Assembly: GCA_029932605.1 (NCBI GenBank)
Contig: JAOZPT010000004.1
Location: 1-40,102 of the forward strand
Source: Candidatus Zixiibacteriota bacterium
Lineage (GTDB): Bacteria > Zixibacteria > MSB-5A5 > UBA10806 > 4484-95
DNA: 40,102 nt
Reading direction: 5' to 3'
Shown here: piece by piece, positions 27,532 through 37,380 of the stretch
How the letters are laid out: each line of letters starts with the position of its first letter
How positions within the stretch are numbered: position 1 is the stretch's first letter
Made by a program: the position numbers and the translations under genes
The notes under the pieces: generated by a model
The model's database searches: none
What the model was told of the DNA's origin: nothing
The model's input: only the letters and a program-made list of their open reading frames with translations

Positions 27532-28506
27532 ATGAAAAACCCGTCGTTAAAATTATCAGTCTCCAAAGTTGAAAATGGGACAAGACTTGACGTATTTTGC
27601 GCCCGGAAAGTTGATGGGCATTCTCGAAGTTATTTTACTAAGCTGGCAAGTACCGGGCACATCAAAATAAACGACCAGAAGATGAAACCCTCGTATAAAG
27701 TAAGGACCGGTGAGGTTGTCCAACTGGAAATGGAAACACCACCGCCTTTGGATGCTCAACCTGAAAATATAAAACTGAATATCATTTATGAAGATGATTA
27801 CCTGCTGATAGTGAACAAACCCTCGGGAATGGTTTGCCATCCAGCTGCTGGCAATTACACAGGTACACTTATAAATGCCTTATTATATCATTTTTCAAAC
27901 TTAAAAAATTTCTCGGATAAAATCAGGCCCGGCCTAGTTCACCGCCTCGACAAGGATACCTCGGGGCTTCTAATTGTCGCCAAGGATGAAAAAACGCTGT
28001 CTGCACTTCAAACTCTGATGAAGAAACGGCTCATTGAGAGAACCTATTTCGCTTTAGTCTGGGGGAAAATGCCCCATGCCAAAGGCACTATTGATTTACC
28101 AATCGGGCGTTCCCGTAGCGATAGGAAAAAGATGAAGGTGTTCGGCATTAGCAATCGCCAAGCCATCACCCATTACGAAGTCATCGATAGTTACACTATC
28201 ACCGAGATGCTGAAAATCAAGCTTGGCACCGGCAGGACTCATCAAATACGAAGTCACCTGTCATATTTTGGTCATCCGGTAGTGGGCGACCCGACATATG
28301 GTGGAAGGTCAAAGGCGGTTATGAAATTCACCGGCCCTAAAAAACAGCTTGCTCTATCCTTGTTGAATGCTCTTGACAGCCAGGCTTTGCATGCCAGTCA
28401 TCTCAGCTTTGAACATCCCCATACGGGAAAAATAATGAACTTCGATAGTGATCTACCTGATGACATGCAGAAGGCGATTGGGATATCGAGGTCAAATGTT
28501 CGATAA
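27532..28506 (+). CDS. rluD: RluA/RluD family pseudouridine synthase with S4 domain
   Basis: RLD S4 start, VNKPSGMVCHP, RPGLVHRLDKDTSGL, TGRTHQIR, QALHA. Confidence 0.9.
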   Translation: MKNPSLKLSVSKVENGTRLDVFCARKVDGHSRSYFTKLASTGHIKINDQKMKPSYKVRTGEVVQLEMETPPPLDAQPENIKLNIIYEDDYLLIVNKPSGMVCHPAAGNYTGTLINALLYHFSNLKNFSDKIRPGLVHRLDKDTSGLLIVAKDEKTLSALQTLMKKRLIERTYFALVWGKMPHAKGTIDLPIGRSRSDRKKMKVFGISNRQAITHYEVIDSYTITEMLKIKLGTGRTHQIRSHLSYFGHPVVGDPTYGGRSKAVMKFTGPKKQLALSLLNALDSQALHASHLSFEHPHTGKIMNFDSDLPDDMQKAIGISRSNVR

Positions 28507-28580
28507 GTGGCGTAAAAAAATGCTTTTAGAAAATCTCAGATCAATTATGTATAAATTAACAATTGTTGAACGGAGGAATC

Positions 28581-29063
28581 ATGGAGATTAATACCATACC
28601 TGTTAAGATACCTGAGGGCGTCAATGTTATACTTGGCCATTCACATTTTATTAAAACTGCTGAGGACCTTTATGAAGCACTTGTTAATGGCTGTCCCGGG
28701 GTTAAATTTGGCCTGGCTTTCTCCGAAGCTTCGCAGGAGTGCCTGATACGCTGGGAAGGTAACGACGATGAACTGACCAAACTGGCTACAGACACCATGA
28801 TGGAAATAGGCTGTGGCCATAGCTTTATAATATTTCTTAAAGATGCTTACCCGATTAATTTTCTACCAGCCATTAAAAATGTCCCGGAGGTGGTACGCAT
28901 TTTCTGTGCTACTGCCAACCCGATTCAGGTGGTGGTGACACGGTCCGAGTTGGGCGGGGCAATTGTTGGCGTTATCGATGGTTATTCCCCTAAGGGTGTT
29001 GAAAACGAAAACCACAAAAATACTCGTAAAAAATTTCTTCGCGATATCGGTTATAAGCTTTGA
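28581..29063 (+). CDS. Adenosine-specific kinase family protein
   Basis: NVILGHSHFIKT.EDL.E, FGLAFSEAS, FCATANP, GVIDG.SP, RDIGYK; ATG at 28581 follows GGAGG (preferred over TTG 28563). Confidence 0.85.
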   Translation: MEINTIPVKIPEGVNVILGHSHFIKTAEDLYEALVNGCPGVKFGLAFSEASQECLIRWEGNDDELTKLATDTMMEIGCGHSFIIFLKDAYPINFLPAIKNVPEVVRIFCATANPIQVVVTRSELGGAIVGVIDGYSPKGVENENHKNTRKKFLRDIGYKL

Positions 29064-30052
29064 TTGAATTAAATTACGGAATCAGATTTGGTGATGATCT
29101 TATTATTGACCCTACCCGTAAGCAACAGACGGCAGTGGTAAGCCATGCTCACTCTGATCACTTAAGAAGGCATAACCGCATCCTGGCAACAACTCCAACG
29201 CTGGAGCTCGCCAGACTTTACACCAGCGAATTCGAAAGCATTCCACTCGAATACGGAAAAACTTACCGCTTCGGCAAATGCAAAATAAGACCTGAGCCAG
29301 CCGGTCATATACTTGGGTCAGCTCAATATATCATCGATTACGCCGGCTACAGGATAGTTTACACAGGTGATTTCAAATTAAGCCCCAATGATACCTGCGC
29401 TCAAGCCAGAATCCACCAATGCGACATCCTCTTTCTCGATACGACCTTTGGCAGGAAACAGTTCAATTTCCCGGAATACAATTATTTGAAACAAAGATTA
29501 GCTGAGTTTGTCGATTCGTGTTTGTATTCAGGTTATTTACCAGTTATCTACGCCTATAACCTCGGTAAAGCCCAAGAAGTAATGAAGATTTTGGGATATT
29601 CAGGTTTTTCCACTTATGTCACCGATAAAGCTTACGCTTACGCTGAAATCCATCGCCGATTTGGAGTCGATATTACAAACTTTTATTCTCTGAATGACAC
29701 ACCTCCTGAGGATGGAGCGATTATCCTTCCTCCGCCATATAGATACACTAAAGAGATATTCCCCGACCGCCATAAACGAACCTGTTTTGTCTCAGGCTGG
29801 GCAATAAATAAAAAACATTGCAGGATTTGGTGGGCAGATGAGATGATACCCCTATCCGATCATGCCTCCTACGATGATTTGATCCGTTACGTGGAAACCG
29901 CCAAGCCCAAGAAAATATATTGCCTTTTCGGATTCAAAGACATTGTTGACGACTTGAGATATCGCGGTTATAACGCGGTCAAAGCAACTTTAGCCAATCG
30001 CCAGGGCATCGCTAAAAATATTCTTGCCGAACTGGATCTGTTCGGAACATGA
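29060..30052 (+). CDS. Metallo-beta-lactamase fold, beta-CASP type nuclease
   Basis: SHAHSDH, AGHILGS, YTGDF, LDTTFG, LGKAQE, SGWA, LSDHA. Confidence 0.85.
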   Translation: MIELNYGIRFGDDLIIDPTRKQQTAVVSHAHSDHLRRHNRILATTPTLELARLYTSEFESIPLEYGKTYRFGKCKIRPEPAGHILGSAQYIIDYAGYRIVYTGDFKLSPNDTCAQARIHQCDILFLDTTFGRKQFNFPEYNYLKQRLAEFVDSCLYSGYLPVIYAYNLGKAQEVMKILGYSGFSTYVTDKAYAYAEIHRRFGVDITNFYSLNDTPPEDGAIILPPPYRYTKEIFPDRHKRTCFVSGWAINKKHCRIWWADEMIPLSDHASYDDLIRYVETAKPKKIYCLFGFKDIVDDLRYRGYNAVKATLANRQGIAKNILAELDLFGT

Positions 30053-30226
30053 ATAAAATCATAATAACGAAGATAATCAATTTTTAAATCTTCAACAATT
30101 GGTGGCCGTTTGCAAACCGGTGATTTTATCAATATTTTAGGGATGTAAGTATTTTAAAGCAAACCGCTAATCCTGGTCTGCAGAGGGGATGTTTAGTTTG
30201 ATACGACTTTATTTATGTAAATGTTA

Positions 30227-32458
30227 CTAGATTAACTTTCTTAAAATGTCGGCCATTTCCCGAGCAGTTTGGAAACGCAAATCTGGATCTTTGACCAATG
30301 CTTTAGCAATTATCTTATCAAATATACGGGGTACTTCGAGATTAATCTCCGATGGTGGTGGTGGTGAAGTATGAAGTATTGAATATATCAAGGCTGATAT
30401 CGTGTCCCCTTTAAACGGTTTCTTACCGGTTAAAATCTCATAGAAAACAACACCCAGACTGAATATGTCGCTTCGACGATCGACCTTTTTGCCTTTCAGC
30501 TGTTCGGGTGATATGTAATTGGGTGTTCCCAGAGCCGTGCCGGATTGTGTCATATTTGATGAATCAAACCTCGCTATACCAAAATCCATCACTTTGACAC
30601 GGTCGTTCTCCAGCACCATAATATTTGCCGGTTTGATATCGCGGTGGACGATACCGTGCTCATGAGCAAAATCCAGGGCTTCACATATCTGTATCATGAT
30701 CTTACAAAGCGTCTTATAATCCCAATTATAGCCAGAGTTGATAAGGGCTTCCAGTGTTTGCCCTTCAAGGTACTCCATGGCGATATACTGCAGCGATTGT
30801 TCCTCGCCGACATCGTAAATCGTTACGATATTGGGATGTGAGAGTTTGCCAGCAGCTTTGGCCTCACGATTTAACCGCTCTTTCAACTCTAATACATCCC
30901 TGGAATCAACGATGTTATCGAGTCTTATGGTTTTTAGGGCCACCGGCCGGTCGATAGCTGGATCAAGGCCTTTATAAACCATGCCCATAGCTCCCTTACC
31001 GATAGTGTCAATCACACGATACCTGCCAAAATTCTCAGCTCCCACTAGTAATTCATTGCCCTCTTCGTTAATAGGCATTGTTCGTGTTTCAACCTTCTGG
31101 TTCCCTCTTGGCTGGATTGCTGTTCTGGTTGGAGTTCCAGAGTTTTCTGGAACTGTTACCACTCCTGTTATCGGGGTCCCTGCTAAAAGTTCCTCATAAT
31201 CAATCTCTTCGTCATCTGTTGTCTCACCAGCCTCAGAGTGCGTCTTGATGGTAGGAGACGCTATCATGAAAAACAGTATCATTATCATCGGGTAAAATAT
31301 CTTTATTTCCATATCAAAACTTGTAAAAAGAACAAAGCTCAGGTTTGCCATTAAAAAGAGGGAGAGTCCCAGCACCACTATCCGGTACAGAAGCGAGATT
31401 CTCGGCAAGATGATAGCGGCAAATGTACCCATCATCAATATCAGCAATAGATTAACGGTGCCTGATGTACCAAAGCCCATGAGGAAATGGTTATGTATAA
31501 CATTCTCGATTGCATTTGCGGTAATCTCAACACCATGCATGGCTTGACAAACAGGTGTTGAATACAGTTCTATACTTCCCGTTGCAGTAAATGCTATAAT
31601 GGCGATCTTACCGGTCAATTCACGCTTACCAATAGTATCACTTAAAATATCGTTAGCCGAAATAGTCCTGAAAACCCCAGAACTGCCATTGAAATTTATT
31701 CGCATCCTACCGTTCTCATCAATAGGTATTTTCCTAAGACCAATATCTATCGATTTTCCGACATTTACATTTATTTTACTCGGGCTTATATCAAGATAGC
31801 TTTGAACAACGGTAAAAGATGCCGAGGGTAGGTATTCGCCTGCATACTTAAGTATTAATGGTTCTGAGCGAACATATCGGTCACGGTCAAAACTTACACC
31901 GAAAAAACCAAGCCTGTAAGCAGATTCAGCAATCAATTTGGTTGGTGGATAAACATTTCCAGCCGTCAAAGGAGGATATTCCCCAAATTTGGAGGGATCA
32001 TCAATATTGATAAAAGTATTACGCTTAATATAATCAGGAAGGGGAACGCCCGATATAGAATAGTCTGAGAAAGAGTAACGGTATGGCAGGATAACATTGC
32101 CAGCCTTTTTAATTTGGTCAGCCAACATCTTAGTATAACCAAGAGAATCCTCAACCGGATTATCAGAAAACGGAATATCTAAATAAATCACTTTGGGTTG
32201 TTGTTGAGCCACCTTTTCAAGCAGCTCTGCCAGCCGATTACGATGCCAGGGCCACTTTTCAACAAACTGAAGACTTACATCGTCAATAGCAATTATCTGT
32301 ATATCACCGGGAACATCCCTTTTCCCCTTGAGTTGAAACATCTTATCAAAAATCGCCATTTCCCATTTCTCCAGTACAGCTGGTTGGTCAAGGTAAATGG
32401 TGATAACCAGAAGGGTTATCAGAAGGTATAAGATTAAACCAGAAAGCTTTTTTAACAT
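30227..32458 (-). CDS. Membrane sensor: CHASE2 domain fused to Hanks-type Ser/Thr protein kinase
   Basis: N-terminal TM, CHASE2 motifs IIAIDD.SL....WPW.R, D.D...R, TP....MHGVEI.AN; three TMs; kinase GKGAMG, VALK, HRDIKPAN, DFG, GTPNYISPE. Confidence 0.92.
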   Translation of the reverse strand: MLKKLSGLILYLLITLLVITIYLDQPAVLEKWEMAIFDKMFQLKGKRDVPGDIQIIAIDDVSLQFVEKWPWHRNRLAELLEKVAQQQPKVIYLDIPFSDNPVEDSLGYTKMLADQIKKAGNVILPYRYSFSDYSISGVPLPDYIKRNTFINIDDPSKFGEYPPLTAGNVYPPTKLIAESAYRLGFFGVSFDRDRYVRSEPLILKYAGEYLPSASFTVVQSYLDISPSKINVNVGKSIDIGLRKIPIDENGRMRINFNGSSGVFRTISANDILSDTIGKRELTGKIAIIAFTATGSIELYSTPVCQAMHGVEITANAIENVIHNHFLMGFGTSGTVNLLLILMMGTFAAIILPRISLLYRIVVLGLSLFLMANLSFVLFTSFDMEIKIFYPMIMILFFMIASPTIKTHSEAGETTDDEEIDYEELLAGTPITGVVTVPENSGTPTRTAIQPRGNQKVETRTMPINEEGNELLVGAENFGRYRVIDTIGKGAMGMVYKGLDPAIDRPVALKTIRLDNIVDSRDVLELKERLNREAKAAGKLSHPNIVTIYDVGEEQSLQYIAMEYLEGQTLEALINSGYNWDYKTLCKIMIQICEALDFAHEHGIVHRDIKPANIMVLENDRVKVMDFGIARFDSSNMTQSGTALGTPNYISPEQLKGKKVDRRSDIFSLGVVFYEILTGKKPFKGDTISALIYSILHTSPPPPSEINLEVPRIFDKIIAKALVKDPDLRFQTAREMADILRKLI

Positions 32459-32527
32459 TAAGATTGCCTTTCAGAACGTTTCATTGAAATCGGTGTTCAA
32501 AATTCTAAAAAAAGTTCACCTTAATAT

Positions 32528-32554
32528 TCATCGGCATCAATAAGGAAGTTTTTA
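32528..32554 (-). promoter_or_regulatory. Sigma28 (FliA/SigD)-like promoter for CHASE2 kinase
   Basis: TAAA-N15-GCCGATGA, 69 nt upstream of ATG. Confidence 0.55.
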
Positions 32555-32816
32555 ACTAACATTCCTTCCTTACTTCAAGATAACATAAAAGACAACAATT
32601 TCTTCTTAGATACAGCTAGTACATATCAGTTTGAAACCAGCCCTATCCTAGCCTGGAATCATGCTTTTTGCAACAACAATTCTACCATTCACGCACAAAA
32701 AGTTATCACATGAATGTCTTATTAATGTTTTGAATAAATTGGAATATGGGATTTATCAATCGATATCGATATAAAGGATTGGCTTTTATCTCAAATATTC
32801 TATAAGTTATTTATTA

Positions 32817-33545
32817 TCAACGGCCTACGGCCAATCTTTCAATAAGGTATCCAGGTAATCCCAAAGCAGACATCCGCCTCTGAGTTTCATCAAAGTTATA
32901 TGATACTCGTTTATACCTAACGATATGGCTTTTAGTGTCGTAAATCAAATAGCAACTTCTCGGGTCACCATCCCTAGGTTGTCCCACTGAACCAATATTA
33001 ATCAAGTAGCGTTGGTTTTTTTGAATCTTCTCTTCCGTTTTATGTGAAATAACACAATCCCCTTTTTCACTCTTAAAAACAATAAAAGGGCGGTGGGTAT
33101 GTCCTACCAAACATACTTTCTCTTTAAAATATTTAAAATTATCCTCGACATCATTCATATCGAGAATATAATGCCACATCTGGGGTTCTTTAGGTGATGA
33201 ATGGACCAGTAAAAAGTCACCGACTTTTGCCGTCAACTCAAAATCGCTCATTATCTCGATTTTGTTTCTCTCAAGCGAATCCCGTGTCCAGGCCATGGAC
33301 TCTGCTGCATACTGGTTAAAATATTCGGTCTCCATCAATCCTAAAGCAGCGTAATCGTGATTACCCATAAGCTTTACCTTGGATACCTTGTCGATAAGTT
33401 CTATACACTCGTTGGGGTTTGGACCATAACCCACAGCATCGCCAAGAAAGAATATTCTATCGATCTTTTCTGTTCGAAAGTCTAAGATAACAGCCTTTAA
33501 TGCCTCAAGATTGGCGTGAACATCAGAGAAAAAAGCGTACTTCAT
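32817..33545 (-). CDS. Calcineurin-like metallophosphoesterase (putative Ser/Thr phosphatase)
   Basis: SDVHAN, LGDAVGYG, GNHD, VHSSP, GHTH, NIGSVGQPRDGD. Confidence 0.9.
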   Translation of the reverse strand: MKYAFFSDVHANLEALKAVILDFRTEKIDRIFFLGDAVGYGPNPNECIELIDKVSKVKLMGNHDYAALGLMETEYFNQYAAESMAWTRDSLERNKIEIMSDFELTAKVGDFLLVHSSPKEPQMWHYILDMNDVEDNFKYFKEKVCLVGHTHRPFIVFKSEKGDCVISHKTEEKIQKNQRYLINIGSVGQPRDGDPRSCYLIYDTKSHIVRYKRVSYNFDETQRRMSALGLPGYLIERLAVGR

Positions 33546-34237
33546 TAAGTTCTATTTTCTATAAACCTAAATACCGTTCTACCGACCTGAATTAAATCAT
33601 CATTCTTAAGCATGTAGCGTTCGACCTTTTCGCCGTTGACTTTGGTTTTTCCTTTACGGCCAAGGTTAACTAACCAGTAATCATCTCCATCACGTACTAT
33701 CTTGGTCTGGACACCGGATAAAAACATCCCTTTAGCTTTTATGTTGGCCAACTTGGAGCGACCGATGGTTACCACAGCATGGGCTAAAGGATATTTATCC
33801 TGTTCCGCTCCAGCTTCACCCAGCAAAATAGAACATCCAGCCTCCGAAGTCAACTGCCTTGACAATTTATCTTTCTCAAGGATTTCCTTTTGTTTTTTTG
33901 TTTTAAGAACCATTGTTCCATCAAGACCAAAGACATTCTCATCCTTTTGGGCATCTTTGTAGTAAATCAAATTAAACTTGCCGATGGTGATGACATCGTT
34001 ATCCTTGAGGATTTCCTCGCTCACCTTGCGTGAATTTACAAATGTGCCGTTCAACGATTCATTGTCTATAATCAACGCCTGGTCTTCATTAAATTCGATC
34101 GTAGCATGGTGCCGGGATACGCCCCGGTTATCAAGTACAACATCGTTGTTTGGTGTTCGACCTATTGAAACCCTCTTTTTTTCAGTGATAAACTTCTCAA
34201 TTACCTTATCCTCGTATTTTACTAAGATCTCAGGCAT
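33545..34237 (-). CDS. Tandem FHA-domain protein
   Basis: FHA1 IGR...NDVVL....VSRHHA...SLNGTFVN; second degenerate FHA; ATG at 34237 preceded by GGAGG; TAATG overlap with phosphatase. Confidence 0.88.
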   Translation of the reverse strand: MPEILVKYEDKVIEKFITEKKRVSIGRTPNNDVVLDNRGVSRHHATIEFNEDQALIIDNESLNGTFVNSRKVSEEILKDNDVITIGKFNLIYYKDAQKDENVFGLDGTMVLKTKKQKEILEKDKLSRQLTSEAGCSILLGEAGAEQDKYPLAHAVVTIGRSKLANIKAKGMFLSGVQTKIVRDGDDYWLVNLGRKGKTKVNGEKVERYMLKNDDLIQVGRTVFRFIENRT

Positions 34238-34373
34238 AATATCCTCCAGGACAAATAACAACCAGCCCGTTGACTTTCACAAATAAAACTTGTTATATCA
34301 ATAAAAATAACCATCCAGTCAAAAAGGTCCTTTTATCTTGCCTTTACACCTTTTCGTTTATATTTTCGGTTTG

Positions 34374-35393
34374 ATGTCGTTAAACTTTAAACAAAACCAG
34401 ACGGTTCTGTTAGCTCCAGCTGCTGGCGTTACAGATTCCATAACCCGAAAAATAGCTAAAATGTGGGGAGCCGATGCCACCATAACCGAACTCATATCAA
34501 GCGAAGGTTTAATCAGAAACTGTAAAAAGACTAAAGCATTAATGTCTTTCGAGGATTGTGAAAGGCCAATCGGCATTCAGCTTTTCGGGGCTAACCCTGA
34601 CAATATGGCTCAGGCGGCGGTCATAGCCTCCACGCTTAACCCGGATTCCATCAACCTGAATTTCGGCTGTCCTGCTAAAAAGATTGTAGGTAAAAATGGA
34701 GGAGCCTCATTGCTTCTTAATCTGCCCATGCTGGAAAAAATAATTAAAAAGGTTGTGGATGCAGTAACATTACCAGTGACCGTTAAATATCGCTCCGGAT
34801 GGGACAATAATAATATAGTGGGAGTTGAGGTTGCCAAGATAGCTAAAGATAATGGTATATCAGCGGTATGTCTTCACCCTCGCACCAAAGTTCAGGGATT
34901 TGCCGGCAAAGCAGACTGGTCGCTTATCAGAGAGGTTAAACACTCCGTTGATATACCCGTTATTGGCTCCGGCGATATTGACTCGCCCCAAAAAGCAAAA
35001 CTTATGTTCGACACAACCGGTTGTGATGCTGTGATGGTTTGCCAGGCTTCATTCGGAAAGCCCTGGATATTTAAAAGAATAAAGCATTACCTCCAGACAG
35101 GTCAAATCCTGCCCGAACCGGACGTAACCATAAAAATATCAACCGCCTTGGAACACCTGCACTTGTCGATCCAGAGATATGGTTCCTGGCCCGGGTTGAT
35201 ACGTATGAGAAACCAACTTACATGGTATCTAAAAGATCTACCGGAAGCATCGAAAATTAGAGCTAAAATAGTTATGTTAACCTCCGAGGAGGGTATCAGA
35301 AAACTGCTTGAAAACTACAAGCAAGAATTGATAGATAAAGGATATGAATCCACAGAAAATAAAGAAGATACTTCAGGATGTAAAATCAGGTAA
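34374..35393 (+). CDS. dusB: tRNA-dihydrouridine synthase (DusB-like)
   Basis: LAP.AGVTD, IQLFG, N.NFGCP (catalytic Cys), PVTVK.R.GWD, H.RT; start ATG 34374 preferred over TTG 34338. Confidence 0.85.
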   Translation: MSLNFKQNQTVLLAPAAGVTDSITRKIAKMWGADATITELISSEGLIRNCKKTKALMSFEDCERPIGIQLFGANPDNMAQAAVIASTLNPDSINLNFGCPAKKIVGKNGGASLLLNLPMLEKIIKKVVDAVTLPVTVKYRSGWDNNNIVGVEVAKIAKDNGISAVCLHPRTKVQGFAGKADWSLIREVKHSVDIPVIGSGDIDSPQKAKLMFDTTGCDAVMVCQASFGKPWIFKRIKHYLQTGQILPEPDVTIKISTALEHLHLSIQRYGSWPGLIRMRNQLTWYLKDLPEASKIRAKIVMLTSEEGIRKLLENYKQELIDKGYESTENKEDTSGCKIR

Positions 35394-36102
35394 GGTTGAT
35401 CCCGGTAAAGCGTTTGAGAGATTGAAAAATCTTCCTTTCGAGGACCTCGGCTTTGCCATCTTAGACCATCATCGAACATTACGTACAGGCATACCAGAGG
35501 TGATATATGCACCCGGTAAGACCGCCGTCCAGATAGAGAAGATGGCATCACGAATGAAGAGGACTGGCATTGAGGTGCTTATAACTCGTACTGACAATAA
35601 AACATTCCAAAAAATCAAAAACAGGTTTCACAATGCAACATTTAACCCGGATGCTAGGATAATCCGCATTCCCAAGAGACAAAAACAAAAAATCAATTAC
35701 GGGAAAATTCTGGTGATTTCTGCTGGCACATCAGATATTCCGGTTGCCGAAGAAGCGGCTGTAACCGCCGAGGCGATGGGCCTTGAGGTTAAACGTATTT
35801 TTGATGTTGGCGTGGCTGGCATACACAGGCTTTTGGCATACAAAGATAAACTCGATAAAGCCCAAGCAATTATCGTGGTCGCCGGTATGGAGGGAGCATT
35901 AGCCTCCGTCGTGGGTGGGTTGGTGGATGTCCCGGTAATCGCCGTACCAACATCAGTAGGTTATGGCGCATCTTTTAATGGCTTATCAGCGTTATTGAGT
36001 ATGTTGAATTCATGTGTACCGGGTGTTGTGGTGGTTAATATCGACAATGGTTTCGGGGCTGCCTGTGCAGCGAGTCTGATTGTGAAAAATAAAACACGAT
36101 AG
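35344..36102 (+). CDS. larB: Nickel pincer cofactor biosynthesis protein LarB
   Basis: DHHR..RTGIPEVIY..GKT, AGTSD.PVAEEA, DVGVAGIHRL, PTSVGYGA, MLNSC, VVNIDNGFGAA. Confidence 0.95.
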   Translation: MNPQKIKKILQDVKSGKVDPGKAFERLKNLPFEDLGFAILDHHRTLRTGIPEVIYAPGKTAVQIEKMASRMKRTGIEVLITRTDNKTFQKIKNRFHNATFNPDARIIRIPKRQKQKINYGKILVISAGTSDIPVAEEAAVTAEAMGLEVKRIFDVGVAGIHRLLAYKDKLDKAQAIIVVAGMEGALASVVGGLVDVPVIAVPTSVGYGASFNGLSALLSMLNSCVPGVVVVNIDNGFGAACAASLIVKNKTR

Positions 36103-36216
36103 GGTCATGGGTTGGCAATAATAACCTTCAAAGTTAGCTCAAAGGTAAATGTAGTAAAAATATTTGCCTATGGCAATATCAATAGATTACATTAACAAAT
36201 TAATGGTGGCCATCTT

Positions 36217-37380
36217 ATGAAAACAGCTTATTTTGATTCGATATGTGGTGCTTCAGGCGATATGATTGTTGGGGCAATGCTTGACTGCGGCCTTGATTTC
36301 GAAACGTTAAAAGTCGAGCTTGCCAAATTGCCACTCAAGGGCTACCGGATAAAGACTGAAAAAACCTCTCGACATCATATTACTGCCACTAGATTTATTG
36401 TCGAAATAGATGAGGACCACACTCACCGGCACCTTGGGGATATCGAAAAAATTATCGATGAATCCGATTTAACAGACCATGTCAAGGAGAGATCGATAAA
36501 TATCTTCCGCCGCCTTGCCTTGGCCGAGGCCAAAGTTCACGGTGAACCTTTGGAAGAGGTTCACTTTCATGAGGTCGGTATGGTTGACGCCATTCTCGAT
36601 GTCTGCGGTGCAGTTATCGGACTCGAAGTGCTCGGCATAGAAAAGCTTTACTGTTCCGCCCTAACAGTGGGCCATGGCACGGTCGAAACCCAACATGGCA
36701 CTATGCCGGTTCCAGCACCAGCCACAGGCGAACTTGTGTGTGGGTTCCCTATAAAATATACCGATGTAGAACAGGAAATCCTCACCCCAACAGGTGCAGC
36801 AGTTTTGACGACACTAAGTACCGCTAATAGGCCACAGAACTTCATTCCGGAGATCATCGGTTATGGGGCAGGTTCTAAAGATATCGACAACTTGCCAAAT
36901 CTTCTCAGATTATCCATTGGTACAACTCAACGGGGAATGCATCAGGATGAGGTATCTCTTCTGGAGACTAATTTCGATCGCACACCACCTGAACAGTTAG
37001 GTTACCTTATGGATAACCTTTTCATAGCCGGTGCCCTTGATGTCTTTATAACACCAATCCAAATGAAAAAAAATCGACCTGCCCAGAAATTATCGGTTCT
37101 GTGTCCAATAAACAAAGAGGTCGAAATGGCAGGGATAATCTTCTCTTCAGGGGGTACTCTTGGCCTTAGGCGAAGTCGAATCAAGCGTTGGTTATTACCT
37201 CGCCAGGAGAAAACCGTTAATACAAAGTATGGTGAAATACCAGTAAAGCTTGCCAAATTTAATGAAAAGGTATTATATTTTCCTGAATTTGAGGTTGTAG
37301 CCAGAGTGGCAAGCAAATTTAAAAAAGGATTCGATGAAATATATTTCGAGATACTCGGTCAGTTAAGAAAGGAGACATAA
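36217..37380 (+). CDS. larC: Nickel insertion protein LarC
   Basis: GASGDM..GA, His patch DHTHRH, AEAKVHG, VHFHEVG..D, PVPAPAT, TPTGAA, MKKNRP, PEFE. Confidence 0.93.
   Translation: MKTAYFDSICGASGDMIVGAMLDCGLDFETLKVELAKLPLKGYRIKTEKTSRHHITATRFIVEIDEDHTHRHLGDIEKIIDESDLTDHVKERSINIFRRLALAEAKVHGEPLEEVHFHEVGMVDAILDVCGAVIGLEVLGIEKLYCSALTVGHGTVETQHGTMPVPAPATGELVCGFPIKYTDVEQEILTPTGAAVLTTLSTANRPQNFIPEIIGYGAGSKDIDNLPNLLRLSIGTTQRGMHQDEVSLLETNFDRTPPEQLGYLMDNLFIAGALDVFITPIQMKKNRPAQKLSVLCPINKEVEMAGIIFSSGGTLGLRRSRIKRWLLPRQEKTVNTKYGEIPVKLAKFNEKVLYFPEFEVVARVASKFKKGFDEIYFEILGQLRKET

Noticed and set aside
30100..30190. Two GCAAACC motifs resembling the start of a c-di-GMP-I riboswitch
   Set aside because: No GNRA stem or GACGCAAA segment follows, and the region lies between convergent gene ends
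32758..32769. ATCGATATCGAT perfect palindrome
   Set aside because: Short, AT-rich, single copy; cannot be tied to a regulator
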